A stretch of DNA of 40,749 nucleotides from Pseudomonadota bacterium. Its GTDB lineage: Bacteria; Bdellovibrionota; FAC87; UBA2466. The translations under genes were made by a program, and so were the position numbers. Numbering within the stretch: position 1 is the first letter of the stretch; each line of letters starts with the position of its first letter. The notes under the pieces are model-generated. The model saw only the letters and a program-made list of their open reading frames with translations, did not search any database and had not been told where the DNA came from. The stretch is from assembly GCA_043767805.1 (NCBI GenBank), contig JAYUGC010000018.1, positions 1 to 40,749 on the forward strand, in the 5' to 3' direction. Positions 8,397 to 17,729 of this stretch are shown one piece after another.

Positions 8397-11300
8397 ATGT
8401 TCGTGCGTAAGGCATGTCTCGGTTTGTTGGCGCTGATGTTTGTCGGCAACTTCGCGGAGGGTGCGGCGCCGAAACCGCGAGTGCGCGGGGTTCAGTTCAA
8501 AACAAACCCCACTCCGCTCACGGCGGAAGCCACCAAGCCCTTCTCGGTGGCGCTGCGATCCCTCCTTAGTAGCATCGGCAGCGGCAACCTCACTTGGAGC
8601 ACGCTGGATACCCTGCCCACTTGGCTCGTGCTAAACAACGCGGCCGAAACGCTATCCGGAACTCCCGCCATCGGTGACGCCGGAGCAAAAAGCTTCCGCC
8701 TCGCGGTACAAGACGCCGATTCGGGCGCGCTCACTCAGATCAATTTAAACGTAGTGGTGGTTCCGGTCTGGTCGCAGGATCCTTTGGATCTCGGCCAAAT
8801 TCCCGAGCGCCAGCCCTACTCGAAAGACATCCGCGCCTTCGTGCAATTTGCCGGAACGGGCAACGTCATCTTCACGGTCGAAGGCTCGATGCCGGCGTGG
8901 ATGACCCTGACTCCCGCGGGCATTCTCTCGGGCACACCTCAACGCTCGGACATCGGCGTGCTCAGCGGCTTTAAGTTCGTGGCCACCGCGCAACTGGGTG
9001 GCGGGCAGTCCAAAGCGACGGTCAAAGGCGAGGTCATCAAGGTCAACCAATCCCCCCGCTGGCTCGCCAACCCGACGGTGCTGGGCAACGCGAAGGAAGA
9101 TTCCGCCTACGGTAAGAGTCTCGCCGGTCTCGCGGTCGATCCGGACAACGACACCTTGAACTTCATCAAGCTCACCGGCCCGGCTTGGGCGTCCATCGGC
9201 GCCGACGGCACGGTCACCGGCACGCCTCGCGGGGCGAACCGCGGCCTCAATACGTTCTCCGTCAAAGTCTCCGACGGGTTCGGCGGCGAAGCGACGGCCG
9301 ACGTTCAGATCTTCGTCGAGGCCGTGAATCACGCTCCCAAGTGGACCGAGAACCCGGTCCGGTTCACGGTCGCCGAAAGGACCGCCTTCACCAAAAGCAT
9401 TGCCGACAAAGCAACCGATCAGGACGCGGGCGACCAGCTCCGCTTCTTCAAGCTTTCCGGCCCGTCGTGGGTGAACCTGTCCGCCGCGGGCGCTCTCTCG
9501 GGGACCGCGCCGGCGGAAGCCTTGGGCGACAATAAAGTCGTCGTGCGCGTCGACGATCAGAACGGTGGCACGGCCGACGTCGACGTCTTCATCAACGTCA
9601 CCAACATCAACGATCCTCCTTTTTGGACGGTAAACCCCGTCCTCTTGCTGAATGGCCCCGAGAAATCTCAATACACTGCCGATCTCGCGCCTTTCGCCAA
9701 AGATCCGGATCCGGGTGACTCGCTCACCTTCACCAAGATTTCGGGCCCCACCTGGGCCACCATTAGCACGCTCGGCGCGGTCACCGGCACGCCCCAGCGG
9801 GCGGATGTCGGCGTCAATACCATCCGGGTGCGCGTCCGCGACTTGGGCGGACTGACTGCCGACGTCGACGTGAAGATCACCGTCGACAAGGTGAACATCG
9901 CGCCTCGCTGGACGCAGAATCCGATCTCGCTTTCCGCGGCGGTCGAAGACTCTCCCTACTCGACGTCAGTCGCAGCCTTTGCGATCGACGACGATCAGGA
10001 CATTTTGGTTTTCTCCCTCGTCAGCGGCCCCTCGTGGCTGAAAGTCTCGGCCGACGGCAAGCTCACGGGAACGCCCCGGCTCGCCGATGTGGGTTCCTTC
10101 AGCGCCGAGCTCGAAGTTTCCGACGGCAAGGCCACCGCTCGCACCAAAGCGAACGGCTCGGTCGCCATGAGAAACTACGCGCCGGAAATCAATCAGGCGG
10201 CTCTCACCTTCACGGTGAAAGAGCGCCAGAATTTCACGGAAAAGCTGAACGACCCGAAGTACGTCACCGACAAGAACGGCGACACACTCATCTTCACGCT
10301 CATCGACAGCAGTGATTGGGTCCAGCTTTCTTCGAACGGAGATCTCTTCATCAATCCCCAGCACAAGCATCTGGGCGATAGCACGTTCCGGTTCTCGGTC
10401 AGCGACGGCAAGCTCGTCACGCCGGGCACCATCGCGGTGAAAGTGATCCGCGACGCTTTGCCGCCCAGCTGGAATCAAAATCCGATCCGCTTCACCACTC
10501 CCGCGCGCACTCCGTTCTCGAACACCGTCGCGGACAAGGTGAAGGACCCGGACAACATGCCCCTCACCTTCACCAAGAAGTCGGGCCCCTCGTGGCTCAC
10601 CGTCTCGAATGCCGGTATTTTGAGCGGCACGCCGACGGACGCCGAAGTGGGCGACAATACATTTATCGTAACAGCTAGAAACGACGCGGCCTCCGCGGAC
10701 GTCACCGTCATCGTCGCGGTCACCGCGAAGAACCATCCGCCCGACATCAATCAGGCGAACCTGGCCTTCAGCGTGAAAGAGCGCACGACGCTCACCGTGA
10801 AGCTGAACGATCCGAAGTACATCAAGGATCTCGATTCGGATAACCTCGTCTTCACGCTCATCGACAACAAAAGCTTCGTGACACTGTCGTCGAACGGCGA
10901 TCTCTTCCTGAACCCGACCCACAAGGACATCGGCGTGGTTGCCCTGAAGTTCCGGGTCACGGACGGCAAGGAGCCCATCGAAGCGCTCTTGAACATTTCG
11001 GTCGTGCGCGATCCGAAGCCGCCGGTTTGGTCGCAAAATCCGATCAACTACACGACGGTGGCGAGAAAACCGTTCTCCAAGAACATCATGGACCAGGTTT
11101 CCGACGTCGATGGCGATCCCATCGTTCTCTTGAAGAAATCCGGCCCGGCATGGCTCACGGTCGGCCCCTTGGGAACGATCAGCGGTACGCCGAAAGACGC
11201 CGACATCGGCACCAATACCTTCGTGGTCACGGCGACGAACCTCTCCAGCGGAGCGGATGTCCAGCTGATCATCACCGTACTCCAAGGCAATAAGGATCCG

Positions 11301-14300
11301 TACTGGACTCAGAATCCGGTTCTCTTGCCCAATGCGACGGCGAGCCGTCCTTACAACCAAAACGTATCGAGCTTCGCGGTCGATCCGGACAATCAGCCGC
11401 TGACCTTCACCAAGATCTCCGGTCCCGATTGGCTGAACGTCTCGGGTACGGGCCAAGTCATCGGCACGCCGGACGCGACCCAAGTCGGCGCCAACTCCTT
11501 CGTGGTGCGCGCGAGCGATCCAGACGGCGCCTTCGCGGATGCGACGGTGAAAATCACGGTCGAGAAACCGAACCGGCCGCCGCGCTGGCTCCAGGATCCG
11601 GTGCAGCTCGGGGATACAAGCTCGGACAAAGCGTTTACCTTCTCGCTTTCCAGCAAAGCCATCGACGACGATGCCGACATCCTCACCTTCAAGCTCATCA
11701 ACGGACCGAGCTGGATGGCCGTCGCAGTCGACGGCACGATTACGGGAACGCCCAAAGCCGCCGACATCGGCGACTACACGGCGGTCTTCGAGGTCTCGGA
11801 CGGTAAGCTCAGCGTTCAAGCGGGCGGCGTGGGCCGCGTGCTCAGAAAGAACGATCCGCCGGTCATCAATCAAACGAACCTCGCCTTCACGGTGAAGGAA
11901 CGCGAAGTCCGGATCGTGAATATCAATGCCCCGGGCATGGTCACCGATCCCGACGGCGATCCGCTGACCTTCACGCTACTCGACACGAACGGCTGGTCTT
12001 CTCTGTCCAGCGCGGGAGAGTTGTCCTTGAAGCCGCTCCACGGACAGCTGGGCGATCACGTCTTGAAGTTCAAAGTGTCCGACGGAAAGCTGTCAATGAA
12101 CGGCACCCTCAGCGTGAAAGTCATCGCCGATCCGCAGCCTCCGACTTGGCTTCAGAATCCGGTGAGATTCCAGGCGACGGTCCGTCAGTCTTTCTCGGCG
12201 ACCCTCGCCGACAAGGTCAAAGATCCCGACGGCCTGGCGGTCACCTTCACCAAGAAGTCCGGTCCGGCTTGGCTCACCATCGGCCCCGGCGGCTCGCTCT
12301 CGGGCACGCCACAAGACGTCGACCTCGGCGAGAACACTTACGTCGTCACCGTGGCCAATAGCTCTCTCGGCGCCGATGCTCAGGTTATCGTCACCGTGGT
12401 CTCCGACAATAAGCCTCCCTTCTGGACGCAAGACCCGATTGCGCTTCCCGACGCGAAGGCCGGCGTGACGTACTCTTCGAGCGTCGCTCCGTTTGCCAAA
12501 GACCCCGAAAACGAGCGGCTCACGTTCGAAAAAGTCTCCGGCCCGGCTTGGGCGTTCCTCACCACCAGCGGTTTGGTCATCGGCACGCCGACGGCCGCCG
12601 ACGGGGGCGTGAACACCCTCACCGTGCGAGTGAAGGATCCGCACAATGCGTTCGCGGACGCGACGGTGCAAATCGTGGTCGATGCGGGAGGCAACAACAA
12701 CCACGCTCCCGAGTGGATCACAAAGCCCCTCAGCTTGGGCAGCGTCCGGATCGACGCGAACTTCTCCTTCGACCTGACGAAGCAGGTTAAGGATCAAGAC
12801 AACGATCCGCTAACCTTCAAGATGGTCAGTGGTCCTACTTGGATGCTCGTCTCGACGGCCGGGATGATTTCCGGTACGCCGCGGTTAAAGGACATCGGTC
12901 CTTTCACGGCGGTCTTTGAGGTCTCCGACGGTAAAGCGTCGGATCGCGTGGACGCGTTCGGCAAGGTCATCGACGGCACCAACAAGCCGCCGGAGATCCA
13001 GCCGGAAGCGCTTTCTTTCATCGTGAAGGAGCGCACCGTACTCACGGTGGACATCAACAAGCCCAAGTACGTCATCGATCCGGAAGGCGACCCGATCACC
13101 TTCGAGCTTATCGAATCGGTCGATTGGATCACCTTGAGCGCTCAGGGCAACCTGGTGCTTTCGCCGCGGCACGAACATGTCGGCGACCACACGTACAACG
13201 TGCGCGTCACCGACAGCAAGGGAGCGTCCAGCGAAGGACAGATGTTCGTCCGCGTGCTCAAAGACACGGAACCGCCCAAGTGGCTGCAAGATCCGATCGT
13301 CTTCGAGACGAACGTGAACGAGCTCTTCTCGCAAGATCTGGTGCCCTTCGTTCAGGATCCGGCGAACTTGCCGCTGACCTTCACGAAGAAATCGGGACCG
13401 GGCTGGCTCACCATCGCCGGCACCGGAAAAATCTCCGGTACCCCGCTCACCGCGAACATCGGCGACAATAACTTCGTCGTCACCGCGTCGAACGGCACGG
13501 CGGAAGCCGACGTGCGGATGATCGTCCGGGTCAAACCGGCGGCGCCCATCGAGGATAAAGTCGTGGTCGACGAAGCTCGTCCGGGAGCCCCGTCGGAGAA
13601 CGTCTGGGTCATCGACAACTCCTGGCCGTGGCTAGGTCAGAACTGGCTCATCAACGAGCTGAAAGCGAAGATCGGCATCTTCTTCGATGCTCTCGACGCG
13701 GCCCAGATTCACTACAACGACGTGTATCTCTCCTCGGATGCGAAACAGTGGAAGGGCGCGCCCATTGCCGGTAAGAGCGGCGATGTGCTCATCAACTGGA
13801 AAGACGCGGATAAGGTCAGGAGCTTCGGCGAGCGTCTCGATGCCACTCACACCACGAAGTGCTACAACTCTCCGATCTGGTCGTTGTTCTCGTTCTACAA
13901 GATGGCGCCGCAGCTTCCGCTCTATCACAACGAGTTCTTCGAAGAGAGCGTCCCGAACGACGTGTTCATCCTGACGAAGACGCAAGACTACTACCGCAAT
14001 TTCACCAAGGGCACGCCTCAGGCGAGCTGGAACGCGCCGGAGTTCGCGGACTCGTTCGTCAAGTTCGAGCAGAACGAGAAGCAGCCGTACCGCATCAGCG
14101 CCTTAGCGCCCGAATGTCCGAAGCTTCTGGATCCCTATCCGGAAGACAAAGACTCTCAGCCCTTGGCGAAAGCGGGAGAGAACCCGTACCAGACGCTGGT
14201 CAAGAAGACCAACGGCTCGTACTACGCGTTCGACTGCAACATCAAGATGGAGAAGATCCTCGCGGACTACGCACAGAAGGTCATCTTCCGCGCTTACGTC

Positions 14301-14516
14301 CACGCGAAGAACCGGATCCCGCTCAGCAAGAAGCCCTCCGACCCGGCGCAAATCAAGTTGTCCATCGGCAACGTGGTCATCCCGGGCAATACGGGCAGCG
14401 CTCAGGACAAGTGGTTCTACGACCCCGCGAAAAACGAGGTCGTAATCCGCTGGCACCTGATCGACATGACGACGATCAAGCCGGGCGACGTAATCAAAAT
14501 CGAGTACAAGGGCTAA
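8397..14516 (+). CDS. Giant secreted protein: 18 tandem Ig-like (He_PIG/cadherin-like) repeats plus C-terminal vWA-like domain; probable adhesin
   Basis: Signal peptide; ~95-aa repeats with 'DPDxDxLTFxKxSGPxWL...GxxSGTP...VxVSDG'; C-terminal 'VWVIDNS' and 'WFYDPAKNEV...PGDVIKIEY'. Confidence 0.9.
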   Translation: MFVRKACLGLLALMFVGNFAEGAAPKPRVRGVQFKTNPTPLTAEATKPFSVALRSLLSSIGSGNLTWSTLDTLPTWLVLNNAAETLSGTPAIGDAGAKSFRLAVQDADSGALTQINLNVVVVPVWSQDPLDLGQIPERQPYSKDIRAFVQFAGTGNVIFTVEGSMPAWMTLTPAGILSGTPQRSDIGVLSGFKFVATAQLGGGQSKATVKGEVIKVNQSPRWLANPTVLGNAKEDSAYGKSLAGLAVDPDNDTLNFIKLTGPAWASIGADGTVTGTPRGANRGLNTFSVKVSDGFGGEATADVQIFVEAVNHAPKWTENPVRFTVAERTAFTKSIADKATDQDAGDQLRFFKLSGPSWVNLSAAGALSGTAPAEALGDNKVVVRVDDQNGGTADVDVFINVTNINDPPFWTVNPVLLLNGPEKSQYTADLAPFAKDPDPGDSLTFTKISGPTWATISTLGAVTGTPQRADVGVNTIRVRVRDLGGLTADVDVKITVDKVNIAPRWTQNPISLSAAVEDSPYSTSVAAFAIDDDQDILVFSLVSGPSWLKVSADGKLTGTPRLADVGSFSAELEVSDGKATARTKANGSVAMRNYAPEINQAALTFTVKERQNFTEKLNDPKYVTDKNGDTLIFTLIDSSDWVQLSSNGDLFINPQHKHLGDSTFRFSVSDGKLVTPGTIAVKVIRDALPPSWNQNPIRFTTPARTPFSNTVADKVKDPDNMPLTFTKKSGPSWLTVSNAGILSGTPTDAEVGDNTFIVTARNDAASADVTVIVAVTAKNHPPDINQANLAFSVKERTTLTVKLNDPKYIKDLDSDNLVFTLIDNKSFVTLSSNGDLFLNPTHKDIGVVALKFRVTDGKEPIEALLNISVVRDPKPPVWSQNPINYTTVARKPFSKNIMDQVSDVDGDPIVLLKKSGPAWLTVGPLGTISGTPKDADIGTNTFVVTATNLSSGADVQLIITVLQGNKDPYWTQNPVLLPNATASRPYNQNVSSFAVDPDNQPLTFTKISGPDWLNVSGTGQVIGTPDATQVGANSFVVRASDPDGAFADATVKITVEKPNRPPRWLQDPVQLGDTSSDKAFTFSLSSKAIDDDADILTFKLINGPSWMAVAVDGTITGTPKAADIGDYTAVFEVSDGKLSVQAGGVGRVLRKNDPPVINQTNLAFTVKEREVRIVNINAPGMVTDPDGDPLTFTLLDTNGWSSLSSAGELSLKPLHGQLGDHVLKFKVSDGKLSMNGTLSVKVIADPQPPTWLQNPVRFQATVRQSFSATLADKVKDPDGLAVTFTKKSGPAWLTIGPGGSLSGTPQDVDLGENTYVVTVANSSLGADAQVIVTVVSDNKPPFWTQDPIALPDAKAGVTYSSSVAPFAKDPENERLTFEKVSGPAWAFLTTSGLVIGTPTAADGGVNTLTVRVKDPHNAFADATVQIVVDAGGNNNHAPEWITKPLSLGSVRIDANFSFDLTKQVKDQDNDPLTFKMVSGPTWMLVSTAGMISGTPRLKDIGPFTAVFEVSDGKASDRVDAFGKVIDGTNKPPEIQPEALSFIVKERTVLTVDINKPKYVIDPEGDPITFELIESVDWITLSAQGNLVLSPRHEHVGDHTYNVRVTDSKGASSEGQMFVRVLKDTEPPKWLQDPIVFETNVNELFSQDLVPFVQDPANLPLTFTKKSGPGWLTIAGTGKISGTPLTANIGDNNFVVTASNGTAEADVRMIVRVKPAAPIEDKVVVDEARPGAPSENVWVIDNSWPWLGQNWLINELKAKIGIFFDALDAAQIHYNDVYLSSDAKQWKGAPIAGKSGDVLINWKDADKVRSFGERLDATHTTKCYNSPIWSLFSFYKMAPQLPLYHNEFFEESVPNDVFILTKTQDYYRNFTKGTPQASWNAPEFADSFVKFEQNEKQPYRISALAPECPKLLDPYPEDKDSQPLAKAGENPYQTLVKKTNGSYYAFDCNIKMEKILADYAQKVIFRAYVHAKNRIPLSKKPSDPAQIKLSIGNVVIPGNTGSAQDKWFYDPAKNEVVIRWHLIDMTTIKPGDVIKIEYKG

Positions 14517-14540
14517 ACCGCCTCGGTACTTCAGCGTTAG

Positions 14541-14579
14541 AAGGGGGGAGGCCTTTGGGCCTCCCCCCTTTTTCGTTTT
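14541..14579 (+). terminator. Rho-independent terminator of the adhesin gene
   Basis: AAGGGGGGAGGCC-TTTG-GGCCTCCCCCCTT followed by TTTCGTTTT. Confidence 0.9.
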
Positions 14580-14735
14580 GGGACAAACTAAACGTGGTAA
14601 ATTTTCCGTATGAGTGAGCCGACGCTTGCCGAAGCGCAAATCAAAGCCGACCAGCTCTACCCTTTTAAGATGGCGGCGGCGGCCGGCGTAATTCGTCTCT
14701 TGATTCGGGACCGGCTAAACAGTTAAACGCTAAAC

Positions 14736-15131
14736 ATGCGTTTAGCTTCCTTTCTCATGGCCGCGACTATCCTATTGGGATGCCAGTACCGCGACATGAA
14801 AAATCCGAGGGACCCGGGCACCGAGCCGCAGACGGGAGAGCCCACGAAAAAGGTAACTTACGCCGAGGTTCGCGAGCAGATTCTAGTACCCCTCTGCCTC
14901 GAATGCCATAACGCCGAGATGGGAAAGGCGGGTCTCGACCTCTCCACCGAGAGCGCCGCCATGGCCGCCATTACCCCGGGTAACCCCACGGAGAGCCTTC
15001 TCTACAATATGGTGGAGTGGAAAGAGATGCCCCCTAGCCGGCGCATCCCGCCCCTCAGACTGCTCACCGACATAGAGCTCGATCTCGTGCGGGACTGGAT
15101 CCTGAGCCTCGACCCGAAAACGACCCGCTAA
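14736..15131 (+). CDS. Lipoprotein mono-heme c-type cytochrome (planctomycete cytochrome C-like)
   Basis: Lipobox 'ILLGC'; CLECH; 'GLDLS', 'ITPGNPTESLLY', 'EMPP', 'VRDWI'. Confidence 0.85.
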   Translation: MRLASFLMAATILLGCQYRDMKNPRDPGTEPQTGEPTKKVTYAEVREQILVPLCLECHNAEMGKAGLDLSTESAAMAAITPGNPTESLLYNMVEWKEMPPSRRIPPLRLLTDIELDLVRDWILSLDPKTTR

Positions 15132-15320
15132 AGCCCGGATTCCTCTAGCAAAATCGCTTACATATTTGAGACACCTTCTTGTCTTACCATGAAGGCTCAA
15201 GCATTGCCCCTGGATAGCCTTGTGCGCAGTTATGGCGCGCGGGACTGGCCATCGACTCTTATTCAACTTCGACCCCCCAATCATGATTAAGCGACGTAAA
15301 GCAAAGAGGAGCGTTCACGC

Positions 15321-16472
15321 GTGGTACGTTTTCGGATACCGCACCTCATTTTCCTGCTTGGACTTACGGTTCCCACCGTAAGCTCCGATCGCTTCGGCAT
15401 GCCTTCGTACATCGCCGCGGAGGAGGCCCACGCCCCTACCGCTTTGGGCTTGAGCCTTCCCATTTGGGGATACTTTCATCCAGCGTGGATGCCTGGGGGA
15501 ATGGACCGCTTTGGCGCGGCGGCGCTTCGCCGGCTTTCCCGCGATCCGAAAAACCGGATTGAAGCCCCCTTCCAAATACCGGACGAGCTTCGCCCGCGCG
15601 TGCTTTTCTGGGCGGCCATCTATTCTCGTTTTGATTCCCGCACGAAAATCATTCACGACCGAGGCGATCCGTCTCTCGTGTACGGCTACATTGACTTCGC
15701 GCCGCTTTATGAAAAGCAGTCCGTCATGGGCGCGTCGATTCAAGCCGAGCGCATCGAAAAAACCATTCTGCTGAGATTGCAGGGAGCCATCCTGGGGGTG
15801 GCGGCGCTCGCGGCAAGCCCGCTCGACGGCGCCTACGAGGAAGGCTTCGCGCGCTACTTGAACGACCGCGGCTTCCGGGGCAGAAACGCCATCGAAAACC
15901 TCGCAAAAAATGTCAGAACGCAGACGGGGCAGAGCAACGCTTTTCAGGAAGCCATCGGGCGGGCGAAAGATCTCCTGCCCCGCATGGAAAAAGTGTTCAC
16001 CGAGCACGGATTGCCGCGGAGTCTCGCGCGCATTCCTTTCGTGGAATCTTCTTTCAATCCGCATGCGCTTTCGAAAATAGGTGCCATGGGCCTTTGGCAG
16101 TTCGTACCGCCGACCGCCAGGGAGATGATCCATCGCTCGGACCGCCGCAAATGGAGAGACCCGGCCCAGCAAACCAGAGCGGCGGCGAGACTGTTGCGTC
16201 GTTATCGGAAGGCTTTACCCGACTGGGCGTCCACGGTGACGTCCTATAACTCCGGCATAGGGCGCGTCTCGAAGCTCATCGATCGCCACCGAAATGGCGT
16301 GGACATGATTCTCGGTGCCGACGACGCGGAGCTGGGCTTCGCGGGTAGAAATTTCTATTCCGAGGTGCTCGCGGCGACCCTCGTCGAGGCGTACTGGAAG
16401 CAGCTCTTCCCGCTGGACGATTATCCAGGCCTGGCGGAGATCGCCATCAACGAGCCCGTGCCGGGTAATTAG
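15321..16472 (+). CDS. Lytic transglycosylase (SLT domain, MltD-like without LysM)
   Basis: 'IPFVESSFNPHALSKIGAMGLWQF', 'TSYNSGIGRV'; RBS GAGGAG. Confidence 0.92.
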   Translation: MVRFRIPHLIFLLGLTVPTVSSDRFGMPSYIAAEEAHAPTALGLSLPIWGYFHPAWMPGGMDRFGAAALRRLSRDPKNRIEAPFQIPDELRPRVLFWAAIYSRFDSRTKIIHDRGDPSLVYGYIDFAPLYEKQSVMGASIQAERIEKTILLRLQGAILGVAALAASPLDGAYEEGFARYLNDRGFRGRNAIENLAKNVRTQTGQSNAFQEAIGRAKDLLPRMEKVFTEHGLPRSLARIPFVESSFNPHALSKIGAMGLWQFVPPTAREMIHRSDRRKWRDPAQQTRAAARLLRRYRKALPDWASTVTSYNSGIGRVSKLIDRHRNGVDMILGADDAELGFAGRNFYSEVLAATLVEAYWKQLFPLDDYPGLAEIAINEPVPGN

Positions 16473-16513
16473 ACTTTGGCGCGATTCGCTTCGCGAATCG
16501 AGCCAAAATCTAA

Positions 16514-16771
16514 CTAGCGGCGGCAAGATTCCGCGGGCTCTTCGCCGAAATCCAGGGCGCACACTTCGCAGTCGTCCGCGCATTCGGAAACGCACTCGCG
16601 CTTCGCGGAGGGGCCGCACGAGGCTACGCAAACCGAGTACGAGCCCGTGCAAGAGCGGTGTAAATCAGCGGCGACGTCCGTCTTCTCGGTCTTGGGAGCG
16701 TTACCCGCCGCGTGGACGACGCCCGTGCTCGAGAAAAATCCGATCGCAAGAACCATGGCAACAAAACGCAT
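16514..16771 (-). CDS. Small secreted 8-Cys protein (85 aa)
   Basis: RBS GAGGTG and ATG 16771; signal peptide ending VHA; Cx6Cx3Cx7Cx3Cx3Cx2Cx11C. Confidence 0.75.
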   Translation of the reverse strand: MRFVAMVLAIGFFSSTGVVHAAGNAPKTEKTDVAADLHRSCTGSYSVCVASCGPSAKRECVSECADDCEVCALDFGEEPAESCRR

Positions 16772-16859
16772 ACGCACCTCTAGGGTCTGGTAGTGCAACG
16801 CCCGTACCGCCGCGGGCAGGCACGAGCCACCTCTCAACGCGTAGGCAAGTGCCGTTTTT

Positions 16860-16875
16860 CGGCACCTGCTTTGCT
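16860..16875 (+). promoter_or_regulatory. Sigma54 -24/-12 promoter with no downstream CDS
   Basis: CGGCAC-CTGCT-TTGCT. Confidence 0.55.
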
Positions 16876-16885
16876 CAAGCGAAAG

Positions 16886-16980
16886 CCCCCCGGAAGGCAA
16901 CACGGGTGGCACTCCCTATTTCCTTAAGTCTCCTCGGCGAGTTGCGTTCCCTGTCTGGGAAACGGACGAAGTCGGGAGAA
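16886..16980 (+). ncRNA. Candidate sigma54-dependent sRNA
   Basis: Starts at the expected +1; two hairpins separated by a C/U-rich linker; G-U pairs favour the + strand. Confidence 0.35.
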
Positions 16981-16994
16981 TGACGGCCCCCCGA

Positions 16995-17705
16995 TCAAAC
17001 TTGCTTGCGGTAGAGGTCGACGGCGTCGCGGATATATTGCACGAGGGTGGTTCCGCTCGGGCGGCGGTTCATATCAAGGGCTTCTTTACCTCGCTTGAGA
17101 TTCATATCGGCCACCCGATTCCAAAGCTTAGTGAGCTCGAAGCTTCGCCCCGAGAACTGGAGTGTTCCCACGAGCTCCGAAACGACGCCGTATTGCAAAG
17201 CTTCGGACGCCGTCCAGAGGCGGCCGCCAAAGCAAAGCGCCTTGGCTCTTTGCTCGCCGAGTTTCGCGAGCAGCGGGCCTGAGATTACGTAAGGAAAGAG
17301 GCCCTTGGTGATCTCCGGCGTTCCGAACCGCGCGTGACCCGCGGCGAGCACGAAATCCGTACAAAGCGCGATGCCGAGACCGCCTCCGACACAATCGCCA
17401 TTGACGAAGGACGCCGTAAAAATGCTAAGGCGCGAGAGCGACTCGATGGCCTCGTTGAAGAGAGCAAAGAGACGATCGAGGTTCTGCGTCTTGTCACCGA
17501 CGTCGCCTAGATCCGCGCCCGTACAAAAAAACCGATCGCCCTCGCCCGTGAGGACCAGGCCTTTAAGCTTGGTGTCCTTTTGGACTTCGTAAATGACTTC
17601 TACCAGCTGCTCTAGAAGCGCCTCGTTTAACGAGTTCGCGCGCGACGGGCGGTTCAGGGTAACCCAAAGTAAATCGCCGTCCCGTTTCTTTAAAATCTCA
17701 TCCAT
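16995..17705 (-). CDS. Enoyl-CoA hydratase/isomerase family protein
   Basis: 'VTLNRPSRANSL', 'FCTGADL', 'VNGDCVGGGLG', 'FGTPE'. Confidence 0.92.
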   Translation of the reverse strand: MDEILKKRDGDLLWVTLNRPSRANSLNEALLEQLVEVIYEVQKDTKLKGLVLTGEGDRFFCTGADLGDVGDKTQNLDRLFALFNEAIESLSRLSIFTASFVNGDCVGGGLGIALCTDFVLAAGHARFGTPEITKGLFPYVISGPLLAKLGEQRAKALCFGGRLWTASEALQYGVVSELVGTLQFSGRSFELTKLWNRVADMNLKRGKEALDMNRRPSGTTLVQYIRDAVDLYRKQV

Positions 17706-17729
17706 GGAGCCTACCTCCCGTCCCTTGTA

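Noticed and set aside
8500..13547. Adhesin repeats as a DGR target, CRISPR array or shufflon
   Set aside because: Repeats are diverged ~285-bp protein-coding units; no RT, recombinase, adenine-specific variation or repeat-spacer pattern.
8745..13985. Long antisense ORFs (e.g. 9966-11873, 635 aa) opposite the adhesin, and similar ones opposite clpA, the acyl-CoA dehydrogenase and the decarboxylase
   Set aside because: Shadow ORFs expected from high-GC codon bias; no motifs or RBS.
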